Below, piece after piece: positions 17,140 to 29,102 of a DNA stretch of 40,713 bases. The notes beneath the pieces are model-generated. The model worked only from the letters and a program-made list of their open reading frames with translations, made no database searches and had not been told where the DNA came from. Origin of the DNA: Azonexaceae bacterium (lineage in GTDB: Bacteria; Pseudomonadota; Gammaproteobacteria; Burkholderiales; Rhodocyclaceae). How positions within the stretch are numbered: the first letter of the stretch is position 1; the number at the start of each line of letters is the position of its first letter. The DNA lies in assembly GCA_041307825.1 (NCBI GenBank), contig JBFZCS010000046.1:1-40713 (forward strand), written 5' to 3'. The position numbers were made by a program, and so were the translations under genes.

Positions 17140-18050
17140 CCGGCGACCAGAAAGCCGTCCTCGCGACGCAGCGCGTTGACCAGCAGCAGTTCGCGTTCGA
17201 TGCGGGCCACCAGCTGGTCTTCCGGCAGGCTCAGATAGCGGGTATTGACGTCGATGGCAAAGGGCAGGGCGAGCAGGAAGGCCGGAAAATCGTCGGCAGG
17301 CAGGCGGCGCCGTTCCATCATGGCGAACGAGGCCATGACCTTGATGGCGTGCCAGGCCAGTTTGTCGATGTCGGCGGCGAAGCTGTCGACGCGCCGGAAA
17401 GCTCGCTCGAAAGCTTCGTCGACCGTAGCGAATGGACTGCCATGGCCGGGAATCACGACATCGATCGGCAGACGGGAGAGCATTTTCAGCGTCGCCCGCG
17501 TGCTGGCCAGGCCGTCGGCCTCGCCGAGCAGTTCGGGGAAGATGACGCCGAAACCGTTTTCCCAGAGCGCATCGCCCGAAATCAGGATGCGTTTTTCCGG
17601 GTTGTAGTAGGCCAGCGCCTCCATGTCGTGACCGGGGACGGCCAGCGCCTGCCAGTTGAGTCCGCCCATCCCGACTTCATCACCGGCGCAGATCAGGTTG
17701 TCGTGCTGGAAGCGGGCTGCCTGCTGGCCGAGTGGCGAGAGCAGCAGAGCATTTTCGTCCCACTCGGCAATGGTGGCGTGGAGACCGGCCGGGACGATGA
17801 TTTCGCAGCCGAATCTCGCTTGCAGCGCCGCGTTGCCGCCGATGTGGTCGGAGTGCGAGTGAGTATTTATGAGCCTTTTTAGGCGTCGACCGCGCAAGGC
17901 ATGGCCGACCAGATCGACGGTCTGGGTGGCGTGCGTGACATAGCCGCTATCGACCAGCGTGGCCTCGTCGCCCTCGAAAAACAGGATGTTGTTGGCCGAC
18001 AGCCAGCCGCGCTCGAGGACGAGCAGCGAGTCCGGAAGGCAGACGGTCAT
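17136..18050 (-). CDS. MBL-fold metallo-hydrolase
   Basis: THSHSDHIGG, PGHD, ISGDA, IPGHG. Confidence 0.92.
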   Translation of the reverse strand: MTVCLPDSLLVLERGWLSANNILFFEGDEATLVDSGYVTHATQTVDLVGHALRGRRLKRLINTHSHSDHIGGNAALQARFGCEIIVPAGLHATIAEWDENALLLSPLGQQAARFQHDNLICAGDEVGMGGLNWQALAVPGHDMEALAYYNPEKRILISGDALWENGFGVIFPELLGEADGLASTRATLKMLSRLPIDVVIPGHGSPFATVDEAFERAFRRVDSFAADIDKLAWHAIKVMASFAMMERRRLPADDFPAFLLALPFAIDVNTRYLSLPEDQLVARIERELLLVNALRREDGFLVAG

Positions 18051-18220
18051 TCGGGATTGTCCGGGTCGCTGGTCGCCGGTTCATGGACGGCGCTGACGGT
18101 GACGGCTTCGGCAACGACATCCGGCGAGTCGAACGGCGGCCGCCCGCAGCCCAGACAGTAACCGGTATCGGGGTCGGCCATGCAGACGCCGACGCAGATG
18201 TATTGATCTTCGTCAGCCAT
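18047..18220 (-). CDS. Small DUF1289-like Cys-cluster protein (57 aa)
   Basis: CVGVCMADPDTGYCLGCGRP (Cx3Cx8Cx2C); overlaps both neighbouring genes. Confidence 0.65.
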   Translation of the reverse strand: MADEDQYICVGVCMADPDTGYCLGCGRPPFDSPDVVAEAVTVSAVHEPATSDPDNPE

Positions 18221-18422
18221 GGCTGTCGCAATCGCAGCGCAACTCGCCCTCCCAGGGGTCATGCTCCAGCCGGCGCCTGGCGACGGCGGCGAGTATGTTC
18301 ACGCGGCCGGCATCGTCGATCCGCGACCAAGCACTGATCTCGTCGAGCGTGCGGAAGCAACCGGCGCACAGACCGCTCCGGTCGTCCATTTTGCAGACAG
18401 TTATACAGGGGGAGGCGGGCAT
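18213..18422 (-). CDS. DUF1289 domain protein (putative Fe-S/Zn binding)
   Basis: SPCITVCKMD...LCAGCFRTLDEISAWS. Confidence 0.88.
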   Translation of the reverse strand: MPASPCITVCKMDDRSGLCAGCFRTLDEISAWSRIDDAGRVNILAAVARRRLEHDPWEGELRCDCDSHG

Positions 18423-19411
18423 CAGATGATCATGTAGCGGCGGCTCTGGTCGCGGACGAGATCGACGGCAGCCTGTGCCTCGTCGCGCCGGACGCGGGCC
18501 AGTATTGCCATGTAGCTGCGCTTGTCGCGGCCATGAAATTCCGGGAAGTCGAGGGTATGCACGTTGCCGTCGTCTACCGTCTGGTCATTAATGATGCCGA
18601 GCCGGTCGACGGTGATGCTGACCGGCGCCAGGCGCAGCGAGGCTTCCGGCTGGCGAAGGAAATCGGCGAGCGCCGCCAGCAGTTGGTCGGGCATCAGCGA
18701 TGTGGCGGTTTCACGCAGCCGCGCATCGAGACCGGCAAGTTGCCGGGTGTGGGTCTGGCATTCCGGTCCCGGCGACTTGCCGCGCAATACCGTCAGGTGT
18801 CCGCGCGCCAGTGCGGCATCGGCCCGCAATCCCTCGCGCTCGCTGCGCAGCGATTCGACGTGTTCGTGAAAGGTCTGCAGCAGGCTTTCCAGCGCCTTGC
18901 AACGGAGATTCCGGCGCGTCGTGGCGAGATCGCAACTCGGTTCGACCAGTGTGTGCGACGAAAAATAGACGACCAGTTGCGGCACGTCGTTTTGCAGCGT
19001 TTCGCCCTGCCGGGCGATGCCGAGCTGCTTCTTCTGCTGGCGCCGGGCGGCGAACAGCGCATGGAAATAGTCGTCCGCGCAACTATATGGTTCGGCCAGA
19101 AAGTCGCGGATCGCCTGGCTGCGCCCGAGCATCTGGTCGATGTCGTCCGCCGTGGCGAACAGCGCGTGCACCAGCGGATCGTTGGCAAAGGACTGGCGGT
19201 TGATGTCAATCGGGCCGGGCAGCGCGGCGACCAGACCCTCGCAATAGCCCAGCGCGTGCTCCACGGGCAGCACCAGTTGACGCTCGAAGCCAGACGCCGA
19301 TTTGAGCAGCGGGTCGACCAGTTCGGCGATCCGGTCGAGCGCTTTCCGCACCTGTGGGGCGGGCATCGGCGCCGGCTTCAGAAAATCGACAAGGGAGGAA
19401 ATCAGGCTCAA
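18422..19411 (-). CDS. Conserved-looking hypothetical protein (329 aa)
   Basis: TTG start overlaps the liuE stop; stop overlaps the DUF1289 start; [10 protein letters not shown] motif and coiled-coil-like centre. Confidence 0.75.
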   Translation of the reverse strand: MSLISSLVDFLKPAPMPAPQVRKALDRIAELVDPLLKSASGFERQLVLPVEHALGYCEGLVAALPGPIDINRQSFANDPLVHALFATADDIDQMLGRSQAIRDFLAEPYSCADDYFHALFAARRQQKKQLGIARQGETLQNDVPQLVVYFSSHTLVEPSCDLATTRRNLRCKALESLLQTFHEHVESLRSEREGLRADAALARGHLTVLRGKSPGPECQTHTRQLAGLDARLRETATSLMPDQLLAALADFLRQPEASLRLAPVSITVDRLGIINDQTVDDGNVHTLDFPEFHGRDKRSYMAILARVRRDEAQAAVDLVRDQSRRYMII

Positions 19412-20313
19412 GTGACGGTGCTTGCGCAGATTGCCCGGCCGGCCTTGGCGCCGTTCGGGCGGTTGAGGGCACTGGAAATCCAGTCGCCGATGGCTGCCAG
19501 TTTAGCGAGATCGATGCCGGTTTCAATCCCCAGACCGTGCATCAGGTAAACGACATCCTCGGTCGCTACGTTGCCGGAAGCGCCCTTGGCATAGGGACAA
19601 CCGCCGAGGCCGGCGACCGAGCTGTCGAAAGTCGCCATGCCCATCTGCAGCGAGGCGTAAATATTGGCGATCGCCATGCCGTAGGTGTCGTGATAGTGAC
19701 CCGCGAGCTTGCCGATTGGCACCGCCCGGGCGCAGGCTTCGAGCATGCGCTCGACCGAAGCCGGGGTGCCGACGCCGATGGTGTCGCCGAGCGAGACTTC
19801 ATAGCAGCCCATCTCGAACAGCGATTTCGCCACACTGGCCGCCTGCGCCGGGGCGATGTCTCCCTCGTAAGGGCAGCCGACGACGCATGAAACATAGCCG
19901 CGCACCGGGATTTCCAGCGCACTGGCCGAGGAAAGAATGGGTTCGAAGCGCTTAAGACTCTCGGCAATCGAACAATTGATGTTTTTGCGCGAAAAACTCT
20001 CGGAAGCGGCGCCGAAAATGGCCACTTCGGTCGCGCCGGCTTGTATTGCAGCATCGAAGCCCTGCAAATTCGGCGTCAAAACCGGGTAGACCGTAGCAGG
20101 ATGCCTGGCGACGCCCTGCATTACCGCCGCGTTGTCGCCCATCTGCGGCACCCATTTCGGCGACACGAAGGAGGTCGCCTCGATGGCGCGCAGGCCGGCA
20201 TCGGCCAGTCGATTGATCAGTTCGATCTTGACCTCGGTCGGGACGAGCTGCTTTTCGTTCTGCAGGCCGTCGCGCGGGCCGACTTCGACGATTTTCACTT
20301 TGCTGGGCAGCAT
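19408..20313 (-). CDS. liuE: Hydroxymethylglutaryl-CoA lyase
   Basis: [45 protein letters not shown]. Confidence 0.96.
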   Translation of the reverse strand: MLPSKVKIVEVGPRDGLQNEKQLVPTEVKIELINRLADAGLRAIEATSFVSPKWVPQMGDNAAVMQGVARHPATVYPVLTPNLQGFDAAIQAGATEVAIFGAASESFSRKNINCSIAESLKRFEPILSSASALEIPVRGYVSCVVGCPYEGDIAPAQAASVAKSLFEMGCYEVSLGDTIGVGTPASVERMLEACARAVPIGKLAGHYHDTYGMAIANIYASLQMGMATFDSSVAGLGGCPYAKGASGNVATEDVVYLMHGLGIETGIDLAKLAAIGDWISSALNRPNGAKAGRAICASTVT

Positions 20314-20372
20314 GGGCGGCGTGGCTCGGAAGCGGTTGAAAGTCGGGAGTCGTTCATCCCGATGGGGTTGAA

Positions 20373-21650
20373 TCACTTGGCGGGGCGCTGCAGGGCAAGG
20401 ATGACGGGTACCAGAATAATCGCGACCAGCCCGGCGGCAAAGCCGTTATTGTAAAGAACGAGCCCGCCATGCAGATGTACGACGCTCTGCACGACCGACG
20501 AGTGAAGAAAGCCGGCAACGATGCCCCAGTGCCAGCCGAAACGCCCGGCAATCGGCGCCAGTGTCGTTCCGAACAGCGCGGCGAGGACGACCGAAGGATC
20601 GTCGGCGTGCCAGGGCTTGGCCAGCGATGCGATGAATACACCAATCATGATGGGCAGAATGTTTGCCGGATGCTTGCCATACGCCGCGAATCCAGCGACG
20701 GTCAGAATGGCGCCGATGGTCGGTCCGTTGAGATCGCTGCCGACGAGCAGGACATAGGCGGTGCCAATGGTTCCGGTCAGACTCATGTTCAACAGCGTCG
20801 GCCCGAGACCGGCGCTGGCGATGAAATCCGTGGGTGCCTGCCCCGACTGGCGCAGCATGGGCGCGAATTTTTTCAGGGCATTGCTGTCCAGGATGAAAGC
20901 GCCTGCCGCCATCAGTGCGAACATCGCAAAAAGCATCCGGCCGAACAGGAGGTTGTTGCCGGTGGTCCAGATGAACACGGGGTCGGGAACGAACCCATAG
21001 GATTTGTAGAGGGCGACGACCAGTGTGCCGAGGATGCCGGCCGTAAAGCCGATGTTGTACAGCGTAAAGCCCATGTGCGCCTTGAACAACTGGGCGCTGG
21101 TTGGCACCAGCACAAAGCCCAGCACCAGCATCGTCAGGATGCTCAGGGGCAGGCTGAAATGCAGGGGGAGCACCGTCGAGAAAAGAATTTCGGTGAAGAT
21201 CGGCGCCAGCGCGGTGCCCAAAAATGCTTGGTTGATGTACGCCGCGAAGCGCTCCTTTTTGAATCTCGCATAAAGAAAGACGCCAAGGACGATGGACCAG
21301 ACATTGAGCAGGCTTTTCCCGAACAGGCCGCAGCCGAGAACGATCAAGAGGCAGGCGACAGCGAGCCCGTCGATCCTGACCGATGAACGGTAGTAGAACC
21401 CCATCGCGGCCAGTGTCAGCAATCCGGCGTTCATAAAGGCTGCGCCGATGCCGCCGATACCCATGTAGTCGGTAATCAGCGTGTCTCGGGAGGTGACGAT
21501 CCGGAGCAGGCCACCGAAGATTTCCGCCGGCGTGTCGATCAGCAGACCCGCCGCGATGAATGCCAGCGGGAACAGCGCGACGACGACGAACACGAGGTTC
21601 CTTGAATGCGCTACGGGCGCCCGATCCCCGGTGGCGGCGTCGGAACTCAT
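20373..21650 (-). CDS. DUF1576 domain integral membrane protein (425 aa)
   Basis: C-terminal part of track ORF 20373..22976, starting MSSDAAT. LITDY motif; two internal repeats ([16 protein letters not shown]; [25 protein letters not shown]). ATGA overlap with the liuD stop. Confidence 0.82.
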   Translation of the reverse strand: MSSDAATGDRAPVAHSRNLVFVVVALFPLAFIAAGLLIDTPAEIFGGLLRIVTSRDTLITDYMGIGGIGAAFMNAGLLTLAAMGFYYRSSVRIDGLAVACLLIVLGCGLFGKSLLNVWSIVLGVFLYARFKKERFAAYINQAFLGTALAPIFTEILFSTVLPLHFSLPLSILTMLVLGFVLVPTSAQLFKAHMGFTLYNIGFTAGILGTLVVALYKSYGFVPDPVFIWTTGNNLLFGRMLFAMFALMAAGAFILDSNALKKFAPMLRQSGQAPTDFIASAGLGPTLLNMSLTGTIGTAYVLLVGSDLNGPTIGAILTVAGFAAYGKHPANILPIMIGVFIASLAKPWHADDPSVVLAALFGTTLAPIAGRFGWHWGIVAGFLHSSVVQSVVHLHGGLVLYNNGFAAGLVAIILVPVILALQRPAK

Positions 21651-23659
21651 GACTCCCCTTCGAACGCCACCAGTGCCGCGCCGTCGGCAACCTGTTCGCC
21701 GGCCGCATAGCAGAAGGCCCTGACCGTACCGGCGGCGGGGGCGGTGATGGTGTGCTCCATCTTCATCGCTTCGAGGATCAGCAGCGGCGCGCCTTTTTCC
21801 ACCTGCTGGCCGGGCTGGGCGAGCAGGGCGATGACCTTGCCGGGCATCGGTGCAGTCAGGCCGCTGCCGTGGCTGTCGCCAGCGTCGACACGGTGCAACG
21901 GGTCGTCGCGCAGCAGCGTGTAGGTGCTGCCTTGCAAAAACACGCTTCTTTTGTCGTCGACCGCAACCATCGAGGCGATCAACCGGCGGTCGTCCAGCTC
22001 GACAGCCAGGCGGTCGCCGTCGAGCTTTTTGCCGCGCACTGCGGTCGACTGCCCGGCGAGAGTGATTTCCCAGTGGTCGGGGCGATAGCGCACTTGCGCG
22101 TCTACCAGCGCGTCGCCGTCCTTGAAGCTGATCGTGCGCGCCGACGACAGGTTCATCCGCCAGCCGTCGCGGGCGTGCCAGGGTGACCACGGGTCGCCGC
22201 TGGTCTTGGCGGCGGCCTTGGCTTCGTGCTGCTCCCAGAGCAGTTCGCCGACGGTGGCGACGAGCAGCGCGTCGCGCGGCACGGGCTGCGCTTCCGGAAA
22301 GAGGAAATCCCTTTGCCGTTCGATCAGGCCGGTATCGAGGTAGGCACCGGCGAAGGCCGGGCAGGCGACGAGGCGCGACAGGAAATCGATGTTGGTGGTC
22401 AGGCCGGCCACCTGAAAATCTGCCAAGGCCTGCCGCATGCGGGCCAGCGCGCCGTCGCGGGTTTCGTCCCAGACGATCAGCTTGGCGATCATCGGGTCGT
22501 AGAAGGGCGTGATCTCGTCGCCTTCCTCGACGCCGGTATCGACGCGGATGTTCAGCGATTCGATCGGCGGCGCGAGGCGAATCAGGCGGCCGGTGGCGGG
22601 CAGGAAGCCCTTGCTGGCGTCTTCGGCATAGATACGCGCTTCCAGCGCATGGCCACGAATCTCCAGTTGCTCCTGCTTGAGCGGCAGCGGCTGGCCGGCG
22701 GCGACGCGCAACTGCCATTCGACCAGATCCTGCCCGGTGATCATTTCGGTGACCGGGTGTTCGACCTGCAGACGGGTGTTCATTTCCATGAAGTAGAAGG
22801 TGCCGTCCTTGTCGTAGGTGCTGGTCGCGATGAACTCGACCGTGCCGGCGCCGACATAACCGACGGCCTTGGCAGCGGCGACGGCAGCTTCGCCCATCTG
22901 GCGGCGGCGCTCCGGGGTCATGCCGGGGGCCGGTGCTTCTTCCAGCACCTTCTGGTGGCGGCGCTGCACCGAGCAATCGCGTTCGAAGAGGTAGACGCAG
23001 TTGCCCTGGGTGTCGGCGAAGACCTGGATTTCGATGTGCCGTGGCTGGGTGATGTATTTCTCGATCAGCACATGTTCGTTGCCGAAGCTGGAAGCGGCTT
23101 CGCGCTTGCAGGAGGCCAGCGCATCGGGAAAATCTTCAGCCTTTTCGACCAGCCGCATACCCTTGCCACCGCCGCCGGCCGCGGCCTTGATCAGCACCGG
23201 GTAGCCGATACGATTGGCTGCCAATTGCAGCAGCGCAGGTGTCTGGTCGTTGCCGTGGTAGCCGGGGGTGAGCGGTACTTTGACCGCACCCATCAGTTTC
23301 TTGGCTTCGGATTTCGAGCCCATGGCACGAATCGCCGAGGCCGGCGGGCCGATGAAGGCGATGCCGTTGGCGGCCAGCGCCTCGGCAAAATCGGCATTCT
23401 CGGAGAGGAAACCATAGCCGGGATGGACGGCCTGGGCACCCGCACGTTTGCAGGCGTCGACGATCTTCCCGGCGACCAGATAGGATTCTCGTGCCGCAGC
23501 CGGACCGAGCAGCACGGCTTCGTCGGCCAGTCGCACGTGGCGGGCATTGGCATCCGCCTCCGAATAGACGGCGACGGTGCGGATGCCCATGCGGCGCGCA
23601 GTCTTGATGACCCGGCAGGCGATCTCGCCGCGGTTGGCGATCAGGATTTTAGTAAACAT
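21647..23659 (-). CDS. liuD: 3-methylcrotonyl-CoA carboxylase alpha (biotin carboxylase plus biotin carrier)
   Basis: KILIANRGEIA, HPGYGFLSEN, RDCSVQRRHQK, EMNTRLQVEHPVTE, EAMKME biotinylation motif. Confidence 0.95.
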   Translation of the reverse strand: MFTKILIANRGEIACRVIKTARRMGIRTVAVYSEADANARHVRLADEAVLLGPAAARESYLVAGKIVDACKRAGAQAVHPGYGFLSENADFAEALAANGIAFIGPPASAIRAMGSKSEAKKLMGAVKVPLTPGYHGNDQTPALLQLAANRIGYPVLIKAAAGGGGKGMRLVEKAEDFPDALASCKREAASSFGNEHVLIEKYITQPRHIEIQVFADTQGNCVYLFERDCSVQRRHQKVLEEAPAPGMTPERRRQMGEAAVAAAKAVGYVGAGTVEFIATSTYDKDGTFYFMEMNTRLQVEHPVTEMITGQDLVEWQLRVAAGQPLPLKQEQLEIRGHALEARIYAEDASKGFLPATGRLIRLAPPIESLNIRVDTGVEEGDEITPFYDPMIAKLIVWDETRDGALARMRQALADFQVAGLTTNIDFLSRLVACPAFAGAYLDTGLIERQRDFLFPEAQPVPRDALLVATVGELLWEQHEAKAAAKTSGDPWSPWHARDGWRMNLSSARTISFKDGDALVDAQVRYRPDHWEITLAGQSTAVRGKKLDGDRLAVELDDRRLIASMVAVDDKRSVFLQGSTYTLLRDDPLHRVDAGDSHGSGLTAPMPGKVIALLAQPGQQVEKGAPLLILEAMKMEHTITAPAAGTVRAFCYAAGEQVADGAALVAFEGES

Positions 23660-23662
23660 GCT

Positions 23663-24448
23663 TCATTCCACGGCCCAGGCAGGCGTACGTTTTTCGAGGA
23701 AGGCGGCGATGCCTTCACGGGCCTCAGGCGTCGCGCGCAGATGGGCGATGCGGCGGGCGGTTTCCTCGACCAGCGTATCGTTGATCATCTGGCCGTCGAC
23801 CGCACGGATCAGATCCTTTGCTGCTGCCTGCGCCAACGGCCCGCCCTGCAGCAGGGCGCTGACGATTTCCTGCACCTTGGTGTCCAGTTGTTCCGGCTCG
23901 ACAGTCTCATGCACGAGGCCGATTTTGCCGGCATGGTGGGCGTCGATGCGCTCGGCAGTCTGGAAATACCGGGTCGCCTGGCGGGTACCGATGGCGCGCA
24001 GCACGTAGGGCGAAATGGCCGAAGGGATGATGCCGAACTTGACTTCGGAGGTGGCGAAGACGGCCTTGGTCGAGGCAACCGTGATGTCACAGGCGGCAGC
24101 CAGGCCCATGCCGCCACCCAGCGCGCTGCCCTGGACGCGGGCGATAGTCGGCTTCTTCATTTCCGCCAGCGTGCGCAGCATGCCGGCCAAGGCACGGGCG
24201 TCGTTGAGGTTGTCGTCGAGGCCGTTGTCGGCGGCGCGCTTCATCCAGTTGAGGTCGGCGCCGGCCGAGAAACTCTTGCCGCGCCCGGCGAGGACGACGA
24301 CGCGGACATCGGCGTCGTCTTCGAGGGCGACGCAGGCGGCGGTCAGCTCGGCGATCAGCGTCTCGTCGAAGGCGTTATGCAGGTCGGGCCGGTTCATCCA
24401 GATCGTCGCGACCGGGCCATTCAGTTCGATTTCGAGGGCCATGAACAT
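23663..24448 (-). CDS. liuC: Enoyl-CoA hydratase family protein, methylglutaconyl-CoA hydratase
   Basis: FSAGADLNWM, ALGGGMGL, SEVKFGIIP; located between the MCC subunits. Confidence 0.88.
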   Translation of the reverse strand: MFMALEIELNGPVATIWMNRPDLHNAFDETLIAELTAACVALEDDADVRVVVLAGRGKSFSAGADLNWMKRAADNGLDDNLNDARALAGMLRTLAEMKKPTIARVQGSALGGGMGLAAACDITVASTKAVFATSEVKFGIIPSAISPYVLRAIGTRQATRYFQTAERIDAHHAGKIGLVHETVEPEQLDTKVQEIVSALLQGGPLAQAAAKDLIRAVDGQMINDTLVEETARRIAHLRATPEAREGIAAFLEKRTPAWAVE

Positions 24449-24460
24449 GTCTCGCTCCTT

Positions 24461-25066
24461 CTATTGTTGCTGCTGCTGACGGATCAACTCTGCCATCGGC
24501 GTCCCCGCGAGCGCCTTGGTCAGGCTGGTCTGGTTAGCAGGCGGCTGGTTCTGGCTGACCTTCCATTTGCCCAGCAGGCGGGTGATGCTGATTTCGATGC
24601 CGACTATGGCGCCAAGCATCTTTTCGATGTAATCGGCCGGTGCATCGGTGACCGCCCAGGGCTGCGGCAGCGCCGCTTCGTTGGCTGCGGTCAACGCGGA
24701 AATCTGGCCAAAAATCCAGTCCGGATCATCGATTACCCGCAGGTCGCCATGGGCATGCACGGCGACGTAGTTCCAGGTCGGCACGACCTTGCCGTGCTCG
24801 GCCTTGGTCGCGTAGCCGGACGGGCTGATATAGCTTTCGTGGCCGTGGAAAATCACCAGTACTTCGCCGGCGACGTTGCCGACTTTCCACAAGGAATTGG
24901 CGCGGGCGACATGGCCTTGCAGCTTGCCATCGGCCAGCAGCAGTGGAATGTGGTTGGCGTTGAGGCCGTCCGGTCCATGGCTGATCAACGTGGCGAGCGG
25001 ATGGGCACGCATCAGGGCGTGCATCCTGGCGACATCGTCTTCGGCAAAGTGCTTGGGCAGGTACAT
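24461..25066 (-). CDS. FMN-binding split-barrel protein (PaiB family)
   Basis: MYLPKHF, GHVARAN, YISPSGY, VPTWNYVAVH, GKWKVSQN. Confidence 0.9.
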   Translation of the reverse strand: MYLPKHFAEDDVARMHALMRAHPLATLISHGPDGLNANHIPLLLADGKLQGHVARANSLWKVGNVAGEVLVIFHGHESYISPSGYATKAEHGKVVPTWNYVAVHAHGDLRVIDDPDWIFGQISALTAANEAALPQPWAVTDAPADYIEKMLGAIVGIEISITRLLGKWKVSQNQPPANQTSLTKALAGTPMAELIRQQQQQ

Positions 25067-25078
25067 GATCGAGTTCCA

Positions 25079-26686
25079 TTACATCCGGAAGATGCCGAAC
25101 TTCGTTTCCTCGACCGGGGCGTTCATCGCGGCGGAAAGGCCGAGGCCGAGGACGCGGCGGGTATCGGCCGGATCGATGATGCCGTCGTCCCACAGCCGCG
25201 CCGAGGCGTAATAGGGGTGGCCCTGCGTTTCGTACTGCTCGCGGATCGGCGCCTTGAACGCCGCTTCTTCCTCGGCGCTCCAGGTCTTGCCGGCCGCCTC
25301 GATGCCGTCGCGCTTGACGGTGGCCAGCACGCCAGCGGCCTGTTCGCCGCCCATCACCGAAATGCGGGCATTCGGCCACATCCACAGGAAGCGCGGCGAG
25401 TAGGCGCGGCCGCACATGCCGTAGTTCCCGGCACCAAAACTGCCGCCGATGACGACGGTGAATTTCGGCGCCTTCGCCGTGGCGACGGCGGTCACCATCT
25501 TGGCCCCGTCGCGGGCGATGCCGCCGTTCTCGTACTTGCGGCCGACCATGAAGCCGGTGATGTTTTGCAGGAAAACCAGCGGAATGCCGCGTTGCGCGCA
25601 CAGTTCGATGAAGTGGGCACCTTTCAGGGCTGATTCGCTGAACAGGATGCCGTTGTTGGCGACGATGCCGACCGGGTAGCCGTGGATGCGGGCGAAACCG
25701 CAGACCAGCGTGGTGCCGTAGCGCGCCTTGAATTCGTCGAAATCGGAATCGTCGACGATACGGGCGATGATCTCGCGCACGTCGAAGGGCTTCTTGCTGT
25801 CGGTCGGGATGACGCCGTACAGCTCCTGCGTCGGGTAGCGCGGTTCGAGGGGCTGGGTCAACGTGACCGGCGGGGCCTTCTTCCAGTTCAGGTCCTTGAC
25901 GATGCGGCGGGCGATGGCCAGTGCGTGGGCATCGTTCTCGGCCAGGTGGTCGACGACGCCGGAAATGCGCGTATGCACATCGGCGCCGCCGAGGTCTTCG
26001 GCCGACACCACTTCACCGGTCGCCGCTTTCACCAACGGAGGGCCACCCAAGAAGATGGTGCCCTGATTTTTGACGATGATCGACTCGTCGCACATCGCCG
26101 GCACGTAGGCGCCGCCGGCGGTGCATGAACCCATGACGGCAGCGATCTGCGGAATGCCTTGCGCCGACAGGTTGGCCTGGTTGAAGAAGATGCGGCCGAA
26201 ATGCTCCTTGTCCGGAAAGACCTCATCCTGCATGGGCAGGAAGGCGCCGCCGGAATCGACCAGATAGATGCAGGGCAGGCGGTTTTCGAGGGCGATTTCC
26301 TGAGCGCGCAGGTGCTTTTTGACGGTCAGCGGGTAATAGGTGCCGCCCTTCACCGTTGCATCGTTGGCGACGACCATGCATTCGACGCCATTGACGCGGC
26401 CGATGCCGGCGATCACCGAGGCGGCGGGGACGTCGCCGCCGTACATGCCGTAGGCCGCGAACTGGCCGATTTCGAGGAAGGGCGTGCCGGGGTCGAGCAG
26501 GCCGTTGACCCGCTCGCGCGGCAGCAGCTTGCCGCGCGCCAGATGCTTCTGGCGTGCCGCTTCCGGACCGCCGAGGGCGATCTTCTCGACCTTCTCGTGC
26601 AGGTCGGCGACGACCGTTGCCATGGCTGCCGCGTTCGCCTGAAAATCAGCGCTGCGCGGGTTGAGCTGGGATTTAAGGACGGTCAT
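25079..26686 (-). CDS. liuB: 3-methylcrotonyl-CoA carboxylase beta (carboxyltransferase)
   Basis: [52 protein letters not shown]. Confidence 0.96.
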   Translation of the reverse strand: MTVLKSQLNPRSADFQANAAAMATVVADLHEKVEKIALGGPEAARQKHLARGKLLPRERVNGLLDPGTPFLEIGQFAAYGMYGGDVPAASVIAGIGRVNGVECMVVANDATVKGGTYYPLTVKKHLRAQEIALENRLPCIYLVDSGGAFLPMQDEVFPDKEHFGRIFFNQANLSAQGIPQIAAVMGSCTAGGAYVPAMCDESIIVKNQGTIFLGGPPLVKAATGEVVSAEDLGGADVHTRISGVVDHLAENDAHALAIARRIVKDLNWKKAPPVTLTQPLEPRYPTQELYGVIPTDSKKPFDVREIIARIVDDSDFDEFKARYGTTLVCGFARIHGYPVGIVANNGILFSESALKGAHFIELCAQRGIPLVFLQNITGFMVGRKYENGGIARDGAKMVTAVATAKAPKFTVVIGGSFGAGNYGMCGRAYSPRFLWMWPNARISVMGGEQAAGVLATVKRDGIEAAGKTWSAEEEAAFKAPIREQYETQGHPYYASARLWDDGIIDPADTRRVLGLGLSAAMNAPVEETKFGIFRM

Positions 26687-26698
26687 GTTGCCTCGCGG

Positions 26699-27298
<600 letters not shown>

Positions 27299-27337
27299 GT
27301 TCGTTCCTTGCTGTTCACACGTGATTTCATCTCAATT

Positions 27338-27943
27338 TCAGAAGCCGCCGGTTTCCAGCCAGCGCTCGATTTGCGGCAGGCGGTCGGCGCCGAAGAATGC
27401 TTCGCCGTCGATGATGACATGCGGCGAGCCGAAGAGGCCAATGCGCAGCGCGTTGTCGACTTCTTCCTTGAGCCGGTCCTTTATTTCAGGACTCTGCAGC
27501 GCTGCTTCGAGCCTTTCGCGGTCGACCCCCAGATTAGCGGCAATTTCGAGCACGACCGCTGGTGCGGAAATGTCGCGGTCGTCGACGAACAGCGCGCGAT
27601 AGGTGGCGTGGGCGAAGCGCCGCGCCAGCGCGCAATCCTGCCCGTGCAGCCAGTAGTAGGCGCGGGCGGCGTTCTGCGTCGGCAACGGAAAGCGCGTCGG
27701 GCGGCGGCAGGGGACGCCCAGGAAACGCGCCGAGCGTTCAAAATCGCGCAGCGCGTAGGCGGCCTTGGCGGGATGTTGCAAGGTCAGCGGTGCGCTGGCG
27801 GTCGCCTTGAAGACGACGCCGAGCAGGATCGGGTGCCAGCGCACCTTGCGACCGAAACGGGCGGCCAGATCGTCGATGCGTTCGCTCATCAGATAGCCGT
27901 AGGGGCTGGAAAAATCGAACCAGAAATCGATGGGCTCGGACAT
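27338..27943 (-). CDS. 2-hydroxychromene-2-carboxylate isomerase / kappa-GST DsbA-like protein
   Basis: MSEPIDFWFDFSSPYGY...GLFGSPH...FFGADRL. Confidence 0.9.
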   Translation of the reverse strand: MSEPIDFWFDFSSPYGYLMSERIDDLAARFGRKVRWHPILLGVVFKATASAPLTLQHPAKAAYALRDFERSARFLGVPCRRPTRFPLPTQNAARAYYWLHGQDCALARRFAHATYRALFVDDRDISAPAVVLEIAANLGVDRERLEAALQSPEIKDRLKEEVDNALRIGLFGSPHVIIDGEAFFGADRLPQIERWLETGGF

Positions 27944-27968
27944 CAACTGCCTCCTGTCAAGGTTGGCT

Positions 27969-29102
27969 TCACGCCGCCACGGCACGGCCGATGACCAGCC
28001 GCTGGATGTCGTTGGCGCCTTCGTAGATCTGGCAGACGCGCACGTCACGGTAGATGCGCTCGACCGGAAAATCACTGACGTAGCCGTAGCCGCCGTGGAT
28101 CTGGATGGCATCGGAACAGACCTTCTCGGCCATTTCCGAGGCGAACATCTTAGCCATCGAGGCTTCGGTCAGGCACGGCCGGCCGGCATCCTTGAGCGCA
28201 GCGGCGCGCCAGACCATCAGGCGGGCGGCCTCGAGTTGGGTGGCCATGTCGGCAAGGCGGAAATTGACCGCCTGATGGTCGATGATCGGCACGCCGAAGG
28301 TGACCCGCTCCTTGGCATAGCGCACCGCCGCCTCGAACGCGGCGCGCGCCATGCCGACCGCCTGGGCGGCGATGCCGATGCGCCCGGCTTCGAGATTGGA
28401 CAGCGCGATCCTGTAGCCTTCGCCTTCGTTGCCGAGCAGGGCGGAGGCCGGCACGCGGCAGTTCTCGAAGAGAATCTGCGCGGTATCGGAGGCGTGCTGG
28501 CCCATCTTTTCCTCGATGCGGGCAACGATATAGCCCGGCGTTTCGGTCGGCACCAGAAAGCAGGAGATGCCCTTCTTGCCGGCGGCCTTGTCGGTGACCG
28601 CGAAGACGATGGCGACGTCCGCATGCTTGCCGGTGGTGATGAACTGCTTGACGCCGTTCAGCACGAAATCGTCGCCATCGCGCTCGGCGCGGGTAGTGAT
28701 CGCCGCGGCGTCGGAGCCGGTGTGCGGCTCGGTCAGGCAGAAGCAGCCGAGCGCGTCGCCACGGGCCAGCGGTTTCAGCCATTCTTCCTTCTGCGCGTTG
28801 CTGCCGTATTTCGTCGTGATGCCGCAGGCGAGCGAATTCTGCACCGAGACGATGGTCGAGGTGGCGCCGTCGCCGGCGGCGATTTCCTCGAGGGTCAGGA
28901 CCAACGCCATGTAGTCCATACCGGCGCCGTCCCATTCTTCAGGCACGACCATACCCAGCGCCCCCAGCGCGCCCAGTTCCTTGAGCGCAGCGGCCGGGAA
29001 GGTGTGGTTGCGGTCCCATTCGCCGGCGAAGGGGGCGAGGCGCTCCTGCGCGAAGCTGCGCATCGCGTCACGGATCATTTCCTGTTCCTGCGTCAGGATC
29101 AT
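27969..29102 (-). CDS. Acyl-CoA dehydrogenase
   Basis: [11 protein letters not shown] start; [35 protein letters not shown]. Confidence 0.94.
   Translation of the reverse strand: MILTQEQEMIRDAMRSFAQERLAPFAGEWDRNHTFPAAALKELGALGALGMVVPEEWDGAGMDYMALVLTLEEIAAGDGATSTIVSVQNSLACGITTKYGSNAQKEEWLKPLARGDALGCFCLTEPHTGSDAAAITTRAERDGDDFVLNGVKQFITTGKHADVAIVFAVTDKAAGKKGISCFLVPTETPGYIVARIEEKMGQHASDTAQILFENCRVPASALLGNEGEGYRIALSNLEAGRIGIAAQAVGMARAAFEAAVRYAKERVTFGVPIIDHQAVNFRLADMATQLEAARLMVWRAAALKDAGRPCLTEASMAKMFASEMAEKVCSDAIQIHGGYGYVSDFPVERIYRDVRVCQIYEGANDIQRLVIGRAVAA

Noticed and set aside
21651-22976. N-terminal half of track ORF 20373..22976 (apparent 867-aa protein)
   Set aside because: Arg/Pro-rich alternative frame over liuD; the real gene starts at ATG 21650
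24464-24478. Short CAG/CAA run (poly-Gln tail of PaiB) and poly-Thr in LiuR
   Set aside because: Too short to indicate a phase-variable repeat; in-frame triplets at protein termini
22226-25633. 1135-aa plus-strand ORF (also 26159..27994, 27930..29486, 29543..31237, 10180..11796, 15895..17061)
   Set aside because: Antisense shadows of well-supported genes, typical of high-GC codon bias; no recognisable motifs
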